DNA of 64,000 bases, from the NCBI GenBank assembly GCA_000708835.1, contig DF237311.1:1-64000 (forward strand), given 5' to 3'. The first letter of the stretch is position 1, and each line of letters opens with the position of its first letter. Below are positions 24,590-38,225 of the stretch, one piece after another. A model generated the notes under the pieces. It did not search any database. It was not told the origin of the DNA and was given only the letters and a program-made list of their open reading frames with translations. The stretch comes from Klebsormidium nitens (Eukaryota > Plantae > Klebsormidiophyceae). Both the position numbers and the translations under genes were made by a program.

Positions 24590-24860
24590 CCGTGCTGCCA
24601 AGCCGCGCGCGCGTTTGCGGTGACAGTGACACCGTCGCAAAACCCAGCCGCGCGCACGCTGATCAATGCGGCGCGCGCGCGCTTGATATCAACCCTGCGC
24701 CCTCAGTGAACTGGGGGCCGCGCGTGCCGGCTAGTGCCGGCGGCCGCTAGCTTAGTATGACGTACTTCCGAACATAAACCCGCCAGCGCGGCCGCCACCC
24801 TTGCCGCGCGACGCGCGTGCGGAATATTCGCCCAGCCGCTCATGCAGCGCGCATAGCCAG
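24590..24860. promoter_or_regulatory. CGCG-rich island upstream of gene C
   Basis: Dense GCGCGC/CGCG runs. Similar islands precede genes at 31575, 58365 and 62515. Confidence 0.3.
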
Positions 24861-25613
24861 TCCGGGTTGAGACAGCTCAATATTTGTGGCGGCACTAATG
24901 TAGTGTGTGCCCGGCCTTAGGTGAAGACCAGAGCAAGGTTGAGGAACAAACACGTGCAGGGACGTGAAAGGCTGGAAGGACATTGCCCCACACTTTGTGG
25001 CCTTTGACCCCGGAGGCTGCTTCTTCTATTGAGCGTGGGTCAGTCGATCACATACTTTGCTCTAACCTTTTCAGAAACTGTTTCGCTTTTGCTCCAAAGC
25101 ACGGCCCGACGAGTCCTCTGTGAGATCTTGCTCCTTAGACTATAGGAACTCTGCAAGGAGCGACGTCTTCGCTTCAGATTGTGAGGCGGACCTGCTCAGC
25201 TGGGTTTCCCTGCGATTAGACCCATTGATAACCCATTTTCGCGATTGAAACAACATCAATGAACTCAAGACGGAACCCTGCTTCTTAAATTGTAGGGACG
25301 CATATGCTCAATTGGGTCATTAAGGTCCTGCTATCTATGCGCCCACTCCGCTCAACCTGCCCTTAGAAGCCAAGTTTTGAATCCATCACAAAGCTAACGT
25401 CACGGTTTCACAATTACTTGTGAAGTACAAAGACTCCCGTTTTGAGGCCAGTACCCTCCCCCAATCCGATCTTTATCGTTTAACCGCAACAGACGGAGCC
25501 CACTGTTTCAGACGAATTCGTTCAAGTGCCAAATACTGATGACCCCCTCCGGTCTTTGAGCAATCGCCAAAATGGTTTCGGCTTTTTGTTCTGATGCAGC
25601 GTTTGCAGTACAT

Positions 25614-28600
25614 ATGGCGGCCACGCTGGGCTGCAAGTTTCACGAACTTGCAGAGAAGATAGAAAACGCCCAAGACCCTGAAAGGTTGCGCATTCATAAG
25701 CGGCATCAAAGCGTCATTGAGGCGCGGGCGAATCTGCACGCAGAAGCAGGGGTCGAATTTTACAAGTGTTTCTCCCGCTTCAAAGACCAGGTGGACGACT
25801 ACAGTAAGACCATCGACCCGGAAGATGATAGATTTCGAGGGCGGTAATGTTTGTCACAACTTTTCTAGGCGCCATGAAAAGTTCATGGCTTTGGAAAGAG
25901 CATATGCATATGCCGAAGCATGGAAACCTCTTGTTTCTGACTCTGAGGCTTATACCTGTTGCACAAGGAAGAAAGCAAGTTCTCAGATGCTAGCCCTTCA
26001 GAGCGGGCTGCTTGACAGTGTCACAGTCCGCTCCGGCTAACGGACACACTCGAAACTGACCCTTTTTGTCGGAACGACGCTCTTCCGCCTTGCTGATTCA
26101 CTCGAGTCTTGGTTGCAGCCGATCATGACCTCCTCGTTCAGCCACGCGTCAGCCCCCATCCTTGCCACGTGGAGCCAAAGTGGAGCATCTCAGGCAACAG
26201 CCGCTTGGTAGTTGAGCTGGACCCAAAAGTGGCGGCAGCCAATAGTGTTCAGGAAGCTGGAACCGATCCTCCGTACGTCACTTTTATCAGAGATTCCTGG
26301 CGACCTGTGACGCCTCCAAAAGGAGGGACTACACGGCAGAAATATCGGTCTCCACAGATGCAATTCTGGTGGGTTCTTCGACTTTTTGCTCTTGCGTTGA
26401 ACTTTATGGAGGCGGGAACTGCCTCTGACTTCTGTAAGACCAAGCCAGATCCTTCCGACACATTACAACTTTGTAAGAATCTTACAGACTATCGTCTTCG
26501 GAAGAAAACCCGTTCTATTGCTGAACAGATATTGTATTACCTGCAAACTGCCCAAGAATCCCTTTTCCGTTAAGTGCGGAGCTCTGTCCTAGAACGCTTA
26601 TCTACTGAAGACGACGTAATGCGGTTCCATCTAAAAGCCTTCTACCCATGCCGATCTAGCTGACCATCATACAAGAGAGGCGGGACTGAGCAATGTACGT
26701 TGTACGTGCAATTTCATACGGAGACTTTCTTGCCTGACACCTTCGCAACTCTCTTTCCTTTGCAGGCAGGAGACAGGACTCGCAGAAGTGAATGACTCCC
26801 CTAGGATTGGCCCACGCCCCGGTGACTACTGTCACCCCGCCCGGCAATACGAGTCGCTTTACCTGAACCAAACCGCCTCGGCGCCATACGCTATGTACCG
26901 CATGCTGTGCCTCTTCCCATGGCTCGTGTCGGAGTGGCGGCCCTGCGACTACTACAAGCGACTGTGGTACTTCATAGTCGAGCACAAGGAGACGGGCTTC
27001 GAGTTTGAGTTGACGGAGCACAAGGGGTCCCTGCACGCCTATGTAGGTTTTCCAACTCGACTCCTTTTCTTCCTTCCACTTCTGCGCTCTGTCTTTGTCA
27101 AGATGACTGTCCTCACTCTGCACCCTAGATCCGGGATTTGCTTCTCAAGTATCCTTGTTCTCGTGCTTTCACCGCATACATCAAAGCATCGTTGCAGTAG
27201 CGAAACCCCTTTCTTAGAAGTCCAGTTTTCCTCTCTGCAAAAATCGCGCCAATCTGTAACCCAGATATCCGCTGTAGTGACAACATTAAGAAGACGCAAA
27301 CCAATGCTTCACTGCAACGGAATCAAGTGGAAAATTACGTTCTCCACTCAGCAGCAAGTAACGTGCAAGCTCTCATGCTTCTCTGCAATTAGATTGACTA
27401 GCTGAAGCGTTCCGACTCCCCTCTCAGCAAAACCTCCAAACGGTACTAGATGCTCAAGAACCTGCTTCATTTAACCCACCAAGAAGACGCAAGTGAATGA
27501 TCTCCTGCAACCAGATTGAGTTGAATCCGGACAGCCCCTGGGCCGACTGCCTCAAGAGCGAGGCATGCGCTCTGCTGGAGCTGATCTTGTCGGATGCCTG
27601 CCGTCACCCGTGCGGCGTCCCGGCCGGCAGCGTCGATCCTGTCGTCTTCGTTCCGTACAACGAAGAAGACCCGACGAAGGTGAGACTTGAAAGTACGAGG
27701 ACCGTGATGACTTTACGGTTGTTGATTTGCTATCGGAGAGTCACGTTACCCGAGAATCTTTCCCCTCGCTCGAGCGGCACGCGCGCAATCACCCCACAAG
27801 ATGCGTGTTGAGCTGGCCATGCGAGAATTTGTTAGGCGATTCAAGCAGGGAGATGCTTCCTTGCTGTTCAACACCTGGATGAGCCGAGAAAACACATTGC
27901 GGCTCTCTTGATTCTCTGATGTAGTTGCTCTCCAATTTTTGACATCATGCCCGTGAGTTCTCTAGACATCTGCCCGGTGGCTCCTGCCCGGCGTTTCGGG
28001 ATTCAGTTACTACCAGACATTTATGACCGTGATTACTCATGACCCGCCCTGGTCATAAGCATCTGATCGATCGTAGATGGCCTCAAAGAGGGGCTTCAGC
28101 CGAGGTCTGGTCGGAACGAGCCTTTTCTCACAGGCTGAAGATTTGGATGTGAACAGAGTGGGTAACCAGACTTGAGTCTGAAGCTTGATCTATAATCGGT
28201 CTTTAACCATTTTAAAAGTCGAGTCACTGCTCCAGTCTGGTCGTCGGACATCGAACCAGATTCTAACCAGCCCTTAACCGACCATGCTTCACCGCCAGCA
28301 ATTCCAGCGGTCTACGACGCGCAATTCCAGCGGTATGTTGTCGACCCTAGAAACGCAGGCCTCCAGCACGCGTCGCAGGAAGACTGCGACAACATCGTTC
28401 GGGTGCGTGAGCGCTGGAGGACGGTTCCAGAGCCGGACACGTAAGTTTCAATCTGGTCGGTCACTCAAACGTCAGGACTCTTGCTTTCGTCGCTTTTAGA
28501 GAACACTGGTTCGCGAGCAATTAGTTTGCCCGACGACAAGTGGCGCGCTTTTGTTTTCCACGCCCCGAGCACCATCTTCTTACAAGCTTCTGACAGGGCC

Positions 28601-30047
28601 ACAGCGACACAGCTAACACTCTTATATCCGCCAGGACTCGAGCCGGAATCTCAGGCGCGGCGGAATCTGCTAACAGCAGCGATATATAAGTAAACCTTAC
28701 GCAAACGCTCTGATACCAAAAAGTCGTAACCAATTGGGATGATCAGGGGCGTAAATCGTAGAAATCCAAAGTCGATTTGTTCAGCTTGATGCGACGGTCC
28801 CTCCAGTAAGATCCAGTGAAGACGTCCAAACGTCAGGGTCGATCGAGGAAATGAATCGTTTATCGAAAGCTTGTAGGAACTCAGTACCGGTTCGAAGCTT
28901 GTGAAATGATCGTCCAAGCGGGGCTGTAACGTCAGGCGATTAGCCGAACTCTAGCTTGAGCGACGGAAGCAATTGATCAGAACCTTTGGATGGCCAGCTG
29001 GTGAAGGGCAAAATTCGTCAGTGCGTCACAAAAGAAGCTCAAGTCTAGTACACGGAAACCGTTTTCACCTGCTTGTATGGATGCAGATCTGAGCGAACTT
29101 ACCGGGAAAGCCTCACGATCACCGTGGATCCGCCGTCTAGAATGGTCTGCATCCTTGAACTAGAGCAAACTCTTCAAGGCGCCCCATTCGAGCGTGGGTT
29201 ATGTGGACAGGTAAGTTTACATTTTCAGCGCTTAGAGACCTTTGAGATCCTTTGGCACTTTGATCTCTTCGTCTCGTTCAACCATGTTGAGCAGTACCAT
29301 GCTCGATCCGGCCGGCGAAACCGCAATCTGAATCACGCACCTCCTCGAACACGTCCGTCAACGGGAACTACTGTTTCTTTTCCATGTTCTTCGCTGATTC
29401 TGTCAGCAACAATGTTTGTCAACGATCAAGAGAAGTCAAGACCTCTGTGTTTTTGCGCACAAGTCCCACGGATCCCTACAGGCAGGGAAAGAGAGACAGT
29501 TGCCACGAAGTCGTCCGTATCGAATCAAATCCTTATCGGTCAGTCAACCAAGTCATGTTCCTGAAGCTTTGGCCCACCGTCACTTCTGCGGACTATAGCC
29601 TCGAAAGGACTCTCCTAATTATCTAGCACATCTGCTCAGGTATCGTTCATCAAGCAGAGCGGAGGCAAAATGGTTCCCCTGTGCGCGGCTATCTCCTCGG
29701 GGCTCTTCCTTTACCGTCTGATCTCCATCTTCACACACGACATGATGTTTGACAGCTGTGATTTCGCCCCAAACCGATCCCTGGCCGACCTGCCCAAATT
29801 CATAAACCCCCCAAACCCCGCGAACTCGCTCTGGTATACGGAGATTGCTCACGTGGCGACCGGGCACGTGGTGCGCGTCGGCGAGTTCCGCGGGGCCACG
29901 ACGGTGTGGAGCGTGAGCGGAACGGATTCGTTGACAACGGAAACGGAAGTGGCGGCTGTCAAAGAGGACCTTGAGTGGCTGCTGGCGCTAGTCTGCGGCC
30001 GGTGTCCGCACACGTACGATGGGGTCCTGGCGGGATGCCACGCGTAA
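25614..30047 (+). CDS. Gene C: uncharacterised ~546-aa protein with two copies of a YR(L/M)xxxF...W...H..TG...E.(K/R)G...H domain
   Basis: Eight phase-compatible exons: 25614-25803, 26119-26368, 26766-27042, 27515-27679, 28379-28440, 28525-28689, 29087-29210, 29640-30047 (1641 nt, in frame). The first four exons are supported by paralog D. Confidence 0.7.
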
Positions 30048-31574
30048 TGAATGACGGAAGTAGACGTCGGCCCGGGACGATAAAGAGCAAAAACGACGGT
30101 TTCATCCAGAAATGTTGTCCTGGAAATCATGCCGCTTCTGTAACCGAGACGGCCATCAATCATGATGCATTCTGCGACTCAGGCAAAGAAATCATGAAAC
30201 GGTTTGCCCATGTATGTCCTCTTATTGCCGATTCTAGTCGCACGGCATGAGCTGACACTAGCTTCCAACTTTTTTACAGCTCAGAGTACAATCCACTAGT
30301 TTTGGCTCCAATTGCTGGCGCTTAGTTTATGAGTTGTGCATTTTGGCTCGCGCGTGTGCAACAGAACAAGGCCAAACATTATTCAACCTGTTATGAAGGG
30401 GGATGTCACTCCCCAAAACAGCACAGGGCGTCTACCGCTGCAGCGCGGGCGGCCTCGCCGCCAACTAGTTGCGGGCCAGCTTTAGGGTATGCGCCACGCT
30501 GGACGCATGCCTGCGCGCGCATTGCCCGCGGGCCGCGCGGTTCCGATGACCCGACCGACGCCGGCCGCGGCGCTGGGTCCAGTCAGTGATCGAACGTCCG
30601 ATCGGACTCGACCAACGGTAGTTGCGCCGCGGCCGCGGCTCGGAGCCGCCTACCCGCCGGAACTCAGTCGTAAAATCGCGGAACAAACCCTGGCAACGCT
30701 GTCCGATGGCGCGGCCGCGTGCGAACGCCTGCCGCTTTGAAGGCGCGCAGCACGTCCGTATATCCATTTAAATAGGCTGCAAGTTTTGCAGCCTCCGGCC
30801 GCTTTGAGACGAGGCTCGGTTCATCAGAATATGCTCTTGCTGCAACAAGCTGGCCTGCCAGTCAGGGCAGCTGATAAAATCCCTGTAAGGCTGTGTGCTT
30901 GACAGGCGGCAAGCTTCAGAACCAGTCAAAGCATCGGGAACCCTTCAGGAGCTAAGAAAGTGTGGACAAAGTGGACAAAGTGGACTAAAATTCTGCCAGC
31001 TAAGAAACATTGGAAGGTAGGGAGGCGCCTTTGACGCAAAGTACTGCATCTGAGGATCTGAATGATGCTCATGGACCCAGATAAAACGTGATTCTGTTTC
31101 TTTCTGGATCAATAGTCGACTGCATGACTGTGTTTGTTCCAGGTTTTCATTCGAGCCACTCACAAACGAAAGTAACGCTCAATAGCTTTGCGTTCAAGAG
31201 ATTTGAGCCCCTTACAATAAAATTATGTGTACATCAAGAGCACCTGGTTCGGCTGTCATGAGATCCATGCGCTGGTCAAGCTCCTCATATTATTCCGTCT
31301 ATGTTTGTTTTTGTCAATCTGCTCCAAAAACTCCTGCGTTTGTCGCTCATCCCGGCCGACTCATCCTGCCCCTAGACAGTATGCTCTGACGATCTTGATT
31401 CTCAATTGAAAATGTAACCTAAGAGCGCCTCCGGATCTTACTCCATTTTCCCCGTCAAAGGTGATTGAAATGATGCTTTGAGACCGCTGTGATTTGTTGA
31501 GCAGCTTGGTTTGAGTTGCAAAAACGGAAGCCGATTGGAACTGATGCAGCTTGTGTTTATGCAGCATTTGCAGC

Positions 31575-33534
31575 ATGGCGACCACGCTAGGCTGCCAATT
31601 TCACGAACTTGCGGAGAAGATGCAAAAGACTGAGGACCCTCAAACGTTGCGCATCTATCAGCGGCATCAAATGGTCCTTGAGGCGCGAGCAAAACTACAC
31701 GCAGAAGCGGGGGTCGGATTCTACAAGCGTTTCTCCCGCTTCAAAGACCACGAAGACGACTACAGTGAGACCATGCACCGGAGTGACTCCTCAGAACATT
31801 GGAAACTAGGGTGGACACAATCTGCTTTAACTTTGGGCATGGCCCGTGAAAGTATAGAGCCTGTTTGGAACGCCAGATCGCAGCTGATTCCACCCTCGAA
31901 GGTGGTCGTCTTTCTTTGCAAGAGGAAGCACTGGTTCTCATCTGTCTGGGTCTGATGAAGAACAATCTATTGATTCGCTGCAGAAGCAGGCCTGAGGCGG
32001 AAAGTCACGTTCGCTCCCCCTCCGCTCATACGATTTCGAAGGATTCAAAGCGTTTCGTCGTTCCGCTGGGACTTCATGCAGCTTTCAGTGGGTGGTCGCA
32101 TCATGGTTGCAGGGTGCCACGACGTCCTCGTCCAGCCACGTGTCACCTCCCAAGCTCGCCACGTGGGGCCAGACTGGAGCTTCTCCGGGGGCAATCGGTT
32201 AGTGGTCAAGCTCGACCCGAAAGCGGTGGGAGCCTGTAAAGCTGAGAACAATGGAACCGACCCTCCGTATGACGTCAGCTTTATCAAGGACTCGTGGAAA
32301 CCCAAGACGCCTCCGAAAGAACTGGACAACGAACGAGTTATCATGTGCGAGGGCCTGCAGTATTGGTGGGTTCTCCTTTTCATTGATCATTTCTTCCGCT
32401 ACACTCTGTACGGTTTTACGAAGACTTCCAGGGGAAAGCTAGCTCTGACGACTCTCGGCGCCCTGACTAGACGAAGTCATCCAGGTGTTTTGTTGACCGA
32501 CCCATCCAGGGTCTCAGGAAACCTTTTAGCTAGCCATAAAGCAATCCGTCGTGCTGTTGAACTCTAGTAAAGCTCAGGTTGAAACAAACGGACTGCTGGG
32601 GCTCTGCAACGGACACTCTGTAACCTTTTGGTCAGTCTGATGCAAAATCAAATCAAACATTCTCTGTAGATGCCGTTAGTGATTGGCAAAAGGAGCGCGT
32701 TCGGATTTGCTTGTACATGTCTTCTCTCATGAGCTTTGTGATCTTTCGAAACTTTGACTGCAGCATTTCGTAATCCCTAATTTGTTGATACTTTCGCAAC
32801 GTTTTGTTTCTTTTTCCAGGCAGGAGACGGGATTCGCAAAAGTGCAAGAATCCGAGGGTGAAAACCCGTATCCCTACAAGCACCCCGCCCGGAGATATGC
32901 ATATCGCTCGCTTCACCTGAACCAAGCCGCCTCGGCGCCATACGCTATGTACCGAATGCTGTGCCTCTTCCCGTGGCTTATCTCCGAGTGGCGTCCTTGC
33001 GACTATTACAAGTGCCTTTGGTACTTCACAGTCGAGCATAAGGAGACGGGCTTCGTCTTTCAGATGTCGGAGCACAAGGCTTCTCTGCACGCTGTGGTGC
33101 GCTTTCCATCCTTGTTCGTCTGAATCTTACCATGTTTTTACATCGACGCTCTTGTTTTTGCTTGACGACATCATAGTTTCTTACTGTAGTCTCTGCTTCG
33201 TAGATGCGGGAACGTTTTTTCAATCTCTTGTGTCCATACTTTCTCCGCATCCTCCGAAACATCATCTGCTTCTCGTCATTCTCCCTTTCAGCAACAGATA
33301 GTACGCTCTCATTAAACTTGAAACTGAATATGGTGATTCTCACCGAAATTTTAGTTGCTTCTCTGCAACTAGATCGAGTGGGATCCGGAGAGCCCCTGGG
33401 CCGACTGCTTCAAGAGCGAGGCGTGCGCGCTGCTGGAGCTGATCTTGTCCGACGCCTCCCGTCACCCGTGCGGCGTCCTCGCGGGCAGCATCGATCCTGT
33501 CGTCTTCAAGCCGTACAAAGAACACTGGACGAAG
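31575..33534 (+). CDS. Gene D: tandem paralog of gene C exons 1-4; 3' end unresolved
   Basis: Exons 31575-31764, 32113-32365, 32820-33096 and 33373-33534, with the same intron positions and phases as C. Shares SAPYAMYRMLCLFPW and EACALLELILSDA. Confidence 0.7.
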
Positions 33535-34166
33535 GTAAGGTTTCTTTTTAGATGCAATAGGAAAAGCCTTGATTTTAAGCTTCTGTCTCAAGGCCAAGTA
33601 GTCGGTTGGTCGAGACAAGGGATCCTAATACCGAAAAGGATCGAAAAGGTGATCGAAAAGGAAGAAGCGTTCAAAGATGGTTCGACTAGAGATCTCTTTC
33701 CTTAATCGACGAAGATGAGTTACTAGCTGAGGGTCAGTGTTTTGGGTCATTTGCGTATACCAGAGAGTCTATGTATTCGGCGCCGTCCCCAAGATCTTCG
33801 AGACTGTAAGCTTGTGGGCAACAGGTAATACTTGAGCTTGAGTCGGAACATTCAGGGATCGGGCGACCCATTGAGCGAGCTCCGCTAGAATTCTGCCTTC
33901 ATGCCTCTGGTCCAAGAAGGATTGCCAGCAACCACCTTTTCTTTCGAGTCTTAGGATTAAGTCGACCCAGGGCGGTTTTCTTCGGTCGGAGTCAAAATAC
34001 CTGCGTCATATATGAGGAATTAGTTGCAAAGGCCCCTTGTTCGGTTTTGTTTGCAAACGCCTTGCCAGCTTAAACTGTTCCTTCTGTCCCGGGCCGCGCC
34101 GCATTCTTTCATCTCCTTCACCTTCTACCGGTCCGGTTTTGGGCCAAGCAATTGCTTGATGAAGCG

Positions 34167-34187
34167 ATGCGTTTCTTCGCTGGTGTG
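34167..34187 (+). pseudogene. 5' fragment (MRFFAGV) of the membrane-protein gene interrupted by the transposon
   Basis: ATG CGT TTC TTC GCT GGT GTG. The last codon is the TSD and rejoins GAG ACC GCG... at 56358 in frame. Confidence 0.6.
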
Positions 34188-34520
34188 CACAGGGAGGAAC
34201 ACCGGTTTGCCCGGTCTTCCTGCCCGGCCATCCCCGTCCCTTCTAGTTCTGCCCGGTGATCTGACCCCCTGCCCGGTCTACCGACTTCCCTGCCCGGTCA
34301 CAACACCGGGCAGCCAATCGACGGACGTCCTGCCCGGTCTCGCAAAATCACTGGGCAGGAAGAATGACCGGGCAACGATTCTCTACTACCGGGCAGCGCA
34401 TCACAAGGCAGCAACACGACCCGGGGCAGCCGACATCGCCGGGCAAGTGCGCCGGGCAGCATCTACAGCCGGGCAGCGCAGTCGGGGAAGAAAACCGGGC
34501 AGTGAGATACGACCGGGCAA
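34188..34520. repeat. Left TIR and subterminal TGCCCGG/CCGGGCA array
   Basis: By manual count, 6 TGCCCGG and 8 exact CCGGGCA copies with unique spacers; orientation switches near 34300-34340. Confidence 0.9.
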
Positions 34521-35729
34521 TTAGGTCGGAGAAAGAGGACAGTAGATATCTGCTGCTTTTGTTCCGTAGTTCATACAAGTACTGTACGATCATTCAATGC
34601 GTTCAGATAATCAAACTGTTCGCAATCATTGAATTAGAGTCCAAGACGTTCGGAGCCATTATAATTATGTTGCCGCATAGATATGCATGTAACATAATCT
34701 TTTTTGTCCATTTCGCAGGCGATTAAGCTTCGAACTTCACTCGTTCCAAAGTTGAAGTGTGGAATGAATATATTGCTGCATAGTTGTTCGCTGGACCCCT
34801 GCGCCATGGATCCTTCAAGTCTCGTACATGTGCAGCGCGAAATATGCGAAGATTGATCATGAGCCGATGCGATACTCGCTAATTCATATACAACCTGTGC
34901 TTGAATAGATGGATGAGGCCCATTCGGAGAGCAGAGGCGCAAATCCATGTATAACGATTGATTAATCAAAGGCGTTCCAACTTACATACGGTCGAACGAT
35001 AGCCCTCCTTTTGTTTTGAAAGTCGGTTCGAGCTCGACCGTTGGATGAAGAACGGACAACCCTGATTTCGTCGAAAAGCCCACAGATGTGTGAGGCCACG
35101 CTTCGGCACGTTTATAATAAATAATCGCCCCGAATTCTGCCAACAATGAGGGCGAGGACGAGATGCTGGCTACGCTAATTGCCAACCTTGCTTAGATGAT
35201 CTGAGAGCCGCGGAGCCCTCTGTTTTAATACGAGGCTTGGCGCGTTGATCGTCGGATCGTATACATCGACGATCCTGACTTCATCGGGACGCCCACAATC
35301 ATGCGAAGCCACATTCCGAGAATTTAAAAGGAATGTTCGCTTCACTGTTGTCATGACGCTGGGGCTATGGCGAAACTATATGCGCTTGGCGCCAAGAGCA
35401 GCTAGGCGCCAAGCGAGTCCAATGGGTTCGCCGAGCCCCCTTTTTTGAGAGGCGGTCCGAGCGCTAGGCGCCGACTGTTTGATGAAGAGATCAACGATTG
35501 ATGTTCCGTAATCAGCATCCCATAAACCAGCGATCCAGACGAATGCTCTTCGCAGGCATCATGCATATGCACCAGCAATCCTTCACGCTGCATGTCCAGA
35601 GGTGTTAATTCTGTTCTGATTCCCAGATTCGGAGCCTATAGAGTTGTACGTCCCATTCACAAGCTGTAGTGTAAAGTGGCCCCAAACAATCTTACTTCAC
35701 AAGCTCACCCCTGAAGCAGCTCATCCGAT

Positions 35730-35826
35730 TCCGCTGACCCGTCCGCTAACCCATCCGCTAACCCGTCCGCTAATGGGTCCGCTAACCCCCCGTCCGTAAA
35801 TCCCCGTCCGCTAACTCAGGTCCGCG
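35730..35826. repeat. Degenerate ~12-bp tandem repeat (CCGTCCGCTAAC)
   Basis: About 7 imperfect copies of TCCGCTAAC. Confidence 0.75.
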
Positions 35827-36216
35827 ATCACTAGAGTAATTGTCCTGAGTCACTCGTCCTCAAAGTTGCTGTTATCTGTAGCAAAAGGAGAGGGAGATCC
35901 GTAAGCATCAAATTCGCCCATGAGCGGCAGGTTCACGGAATGGTTGTTACTTTCTCTACGAAATGGTTGACACTTTCTCTTCAATCCTGTTTGTCCCCTG
36001 TTTGTCAAGCGGCAGACTGCGCCTGAACGAGTTCGTGACGGCGAAACTTAAGAATAAGTGCTGTTTCATGCGCTACCGTGAGCTCCTCAAGCGTTCCTTT
36101 CCGGGTGTCTGGCCAGCTTTAAAAAGTCGTCGCGCATCCGTCAGGTTTGGCTAGCCAGGGCGGTGTTTTGCTATCCTGGACTCAAAACCTTGTCAAATGG
36201 AGAGCTTGAGTAGTCA

Positions 36217-37605
36217 TCAGAAGTTATGAAACGGAAACTGCAGTTCGTGTTGACCTGTGGAAAAGCACAGGCACTGGACTCGCCTCCAGAGATTGTATAC
36301 CTCATAAGCCTGTGGCTGAAAAATCTGACCTCCTGATTCGTTGTACGCAGAGCGAAGTTCTCTGTGTCCACCAAGGCCGCTGAGAGTTTCTTCAAAAGCG
36401 GGCATATGTCGAGCGAGCCCGAAAGACACCGTCTTTAGAGCGAATTCGATCGAACTGAGTCGGGGTACGTATCTCAGAGGGCCAGACGCAAAAGTTTACC
36501 CTCAGAAGTAGCTTTGCAAATTCACGCGTCCTTTCGCGAGGTTAAGAGACGGTTCTTTGCGCGAGCTACCGAGTAGCTGCACACGGGTGACAGATTTCTG
36601 ACCCCGGCTGTTCAAATCTGTGGCACTGCATGAAACGTTTCTCTTGACGGCTCTTGTCAGTTCCTATAATGCGAAGGAACCTTTCTCACCTTCTGCCACC
36701 GAGTCCCATGAGCCGTCCGAGTCGCCCTCCGAGTCGCCGTCCGAGTTCGGTTGGCCGTACATCACCTATACACAAGGGGGAAACGGTCAGAGCTGGCTTT
36801 TTCTTCGTACTATTCTGTTCTGTGGTTACAGAGTATTGAACTAGCCAGACCCAAAAGATTGCTCACACTCAGCCCGAATGATCAGAGCTAAGCCTACTTA
36901 TGCGAGCTACCCAGAAGCTCTACACGCTCGATCAAGGGAGAGAAGCGCTGGAAGATCTTCGAATCTCTGCATCCGGCTGCTCAGAAGGGCTGAGAATAGG
37001 GGTGAATTGAAACAGGTCTCTCAACGCGTCTGGTTGCGGCAAAGTAATTGCATCATCACCTGGCCAGGCTCCGCGTCTGAGCTGTCGCCTGAGCTGTCGC
37101 CTGAGCTGTCGCCTGAGCTGGCGAAGTCGTTCCGGATTACCTGTACCCAAATCAGAAAACGAAAACGGTCAGAGAATCGAATCAGCAGGCGAAGGACCAG
37201 CTCGGTGTAGATATCATGTAAAAATACAATCGAATCTCAACCGCGCCAGCTACGCGCTCGTCAACGGAAGAACATTGTTGGATGGAAATTTAGCTGCTTA
37301 AAGCGGCTGCTAGTGGGTGCAATGAATGGGAATCCTGAATGCGCCTGGTTACGACTGGACCTCACAAGCGGACCTTATGAGTTTTTGAATGTCCTCACGT
37401 CTTCTTCGCCATGCGGATTGTAGTCCTCCTCCAGGCGCGGCCACGCCCGCGCGCTCCGGTTGCCCGGCCACACGTCATTCCTCTCTTCCATGTTGTCCGA
37501 GAAGGAGATTGCCCGCACGAACTCGTCCGGTCTCCAGGGCAGTGGCTCGCTTGTCGGCCGCGGCGGACCAACCTCGTCGGGCATGAGCATCAACGGCGGC
37601 TGGAC
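36217..37605 (-). CDS. Probable downstream exons of the third transposon gene (splice model unresolved)
   Basis: Coding-like segments (EVQPPLMLMPDEVGPP...EEDV; PNSDGDSEGDSDGSWD; HMPAFEETLSGLGGHRELRSAY...), some ending at GT donors. Confidence 0.3.
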
Positions 37606-38225
37606 CTCCTTGCACAGTGTTTGAGATAAATGCCTGTCCTTGATGTTTGCTCACGGAAGCGCAAGAAACACCGAAGTGGCGCTCTCCGAATAGAACGGAG
37701 AAGAAAGCGCGAGAGTCCTTTGTCTGAGCAGATTCTCCGGACCAGATTCTTCAGATTGTTTAGATCCGGTAGTATTCTTCTCACTCCGGTTATCGGTGTT
37801 CTCCAGACTCTTCAGATCAGATTCTTCTTCTCACAAGCACTGCAAACGGGCAGCACGGGAATCGCAGAAACCTCAGGTCTCGCTTGACTAGATTCCGGTT
37901 ACTTCGACCCGGCTGGTTTACCTAAATCTCGATTACTCCCGAGTATTAGAAGGAAAGGATGATGGAATCAAGTAGAATCAGAGAAGGCGAGGCCAACCTA
38001 CTGCCAATCGGCGGATTCATCTCAACAAGACAGACAGAGCTTGAAGGCTATTCTGGACAAAAACGTCTACCATCTTCTGGGTTAATCTAGGCTTCTAGCT
38101 GACAATTGATTTTTTTTTCAACTATTTCTGGAGATCCGAGCAGATTTTCAGAACGTTAACCACAGCAGTCGTATCTCGATAGTAGAGAAGCAACGCAAAC
38201 CGCTCAGAAAATATGTACAACTTAC

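Noticed and set aside
34201-34520. CRISPR-like repeat-spacer appearance
   Set aside because: Repeats are only 7 bp, irregularly spaced, in both orientations and adjoin a TIR in a eukaryotic context.
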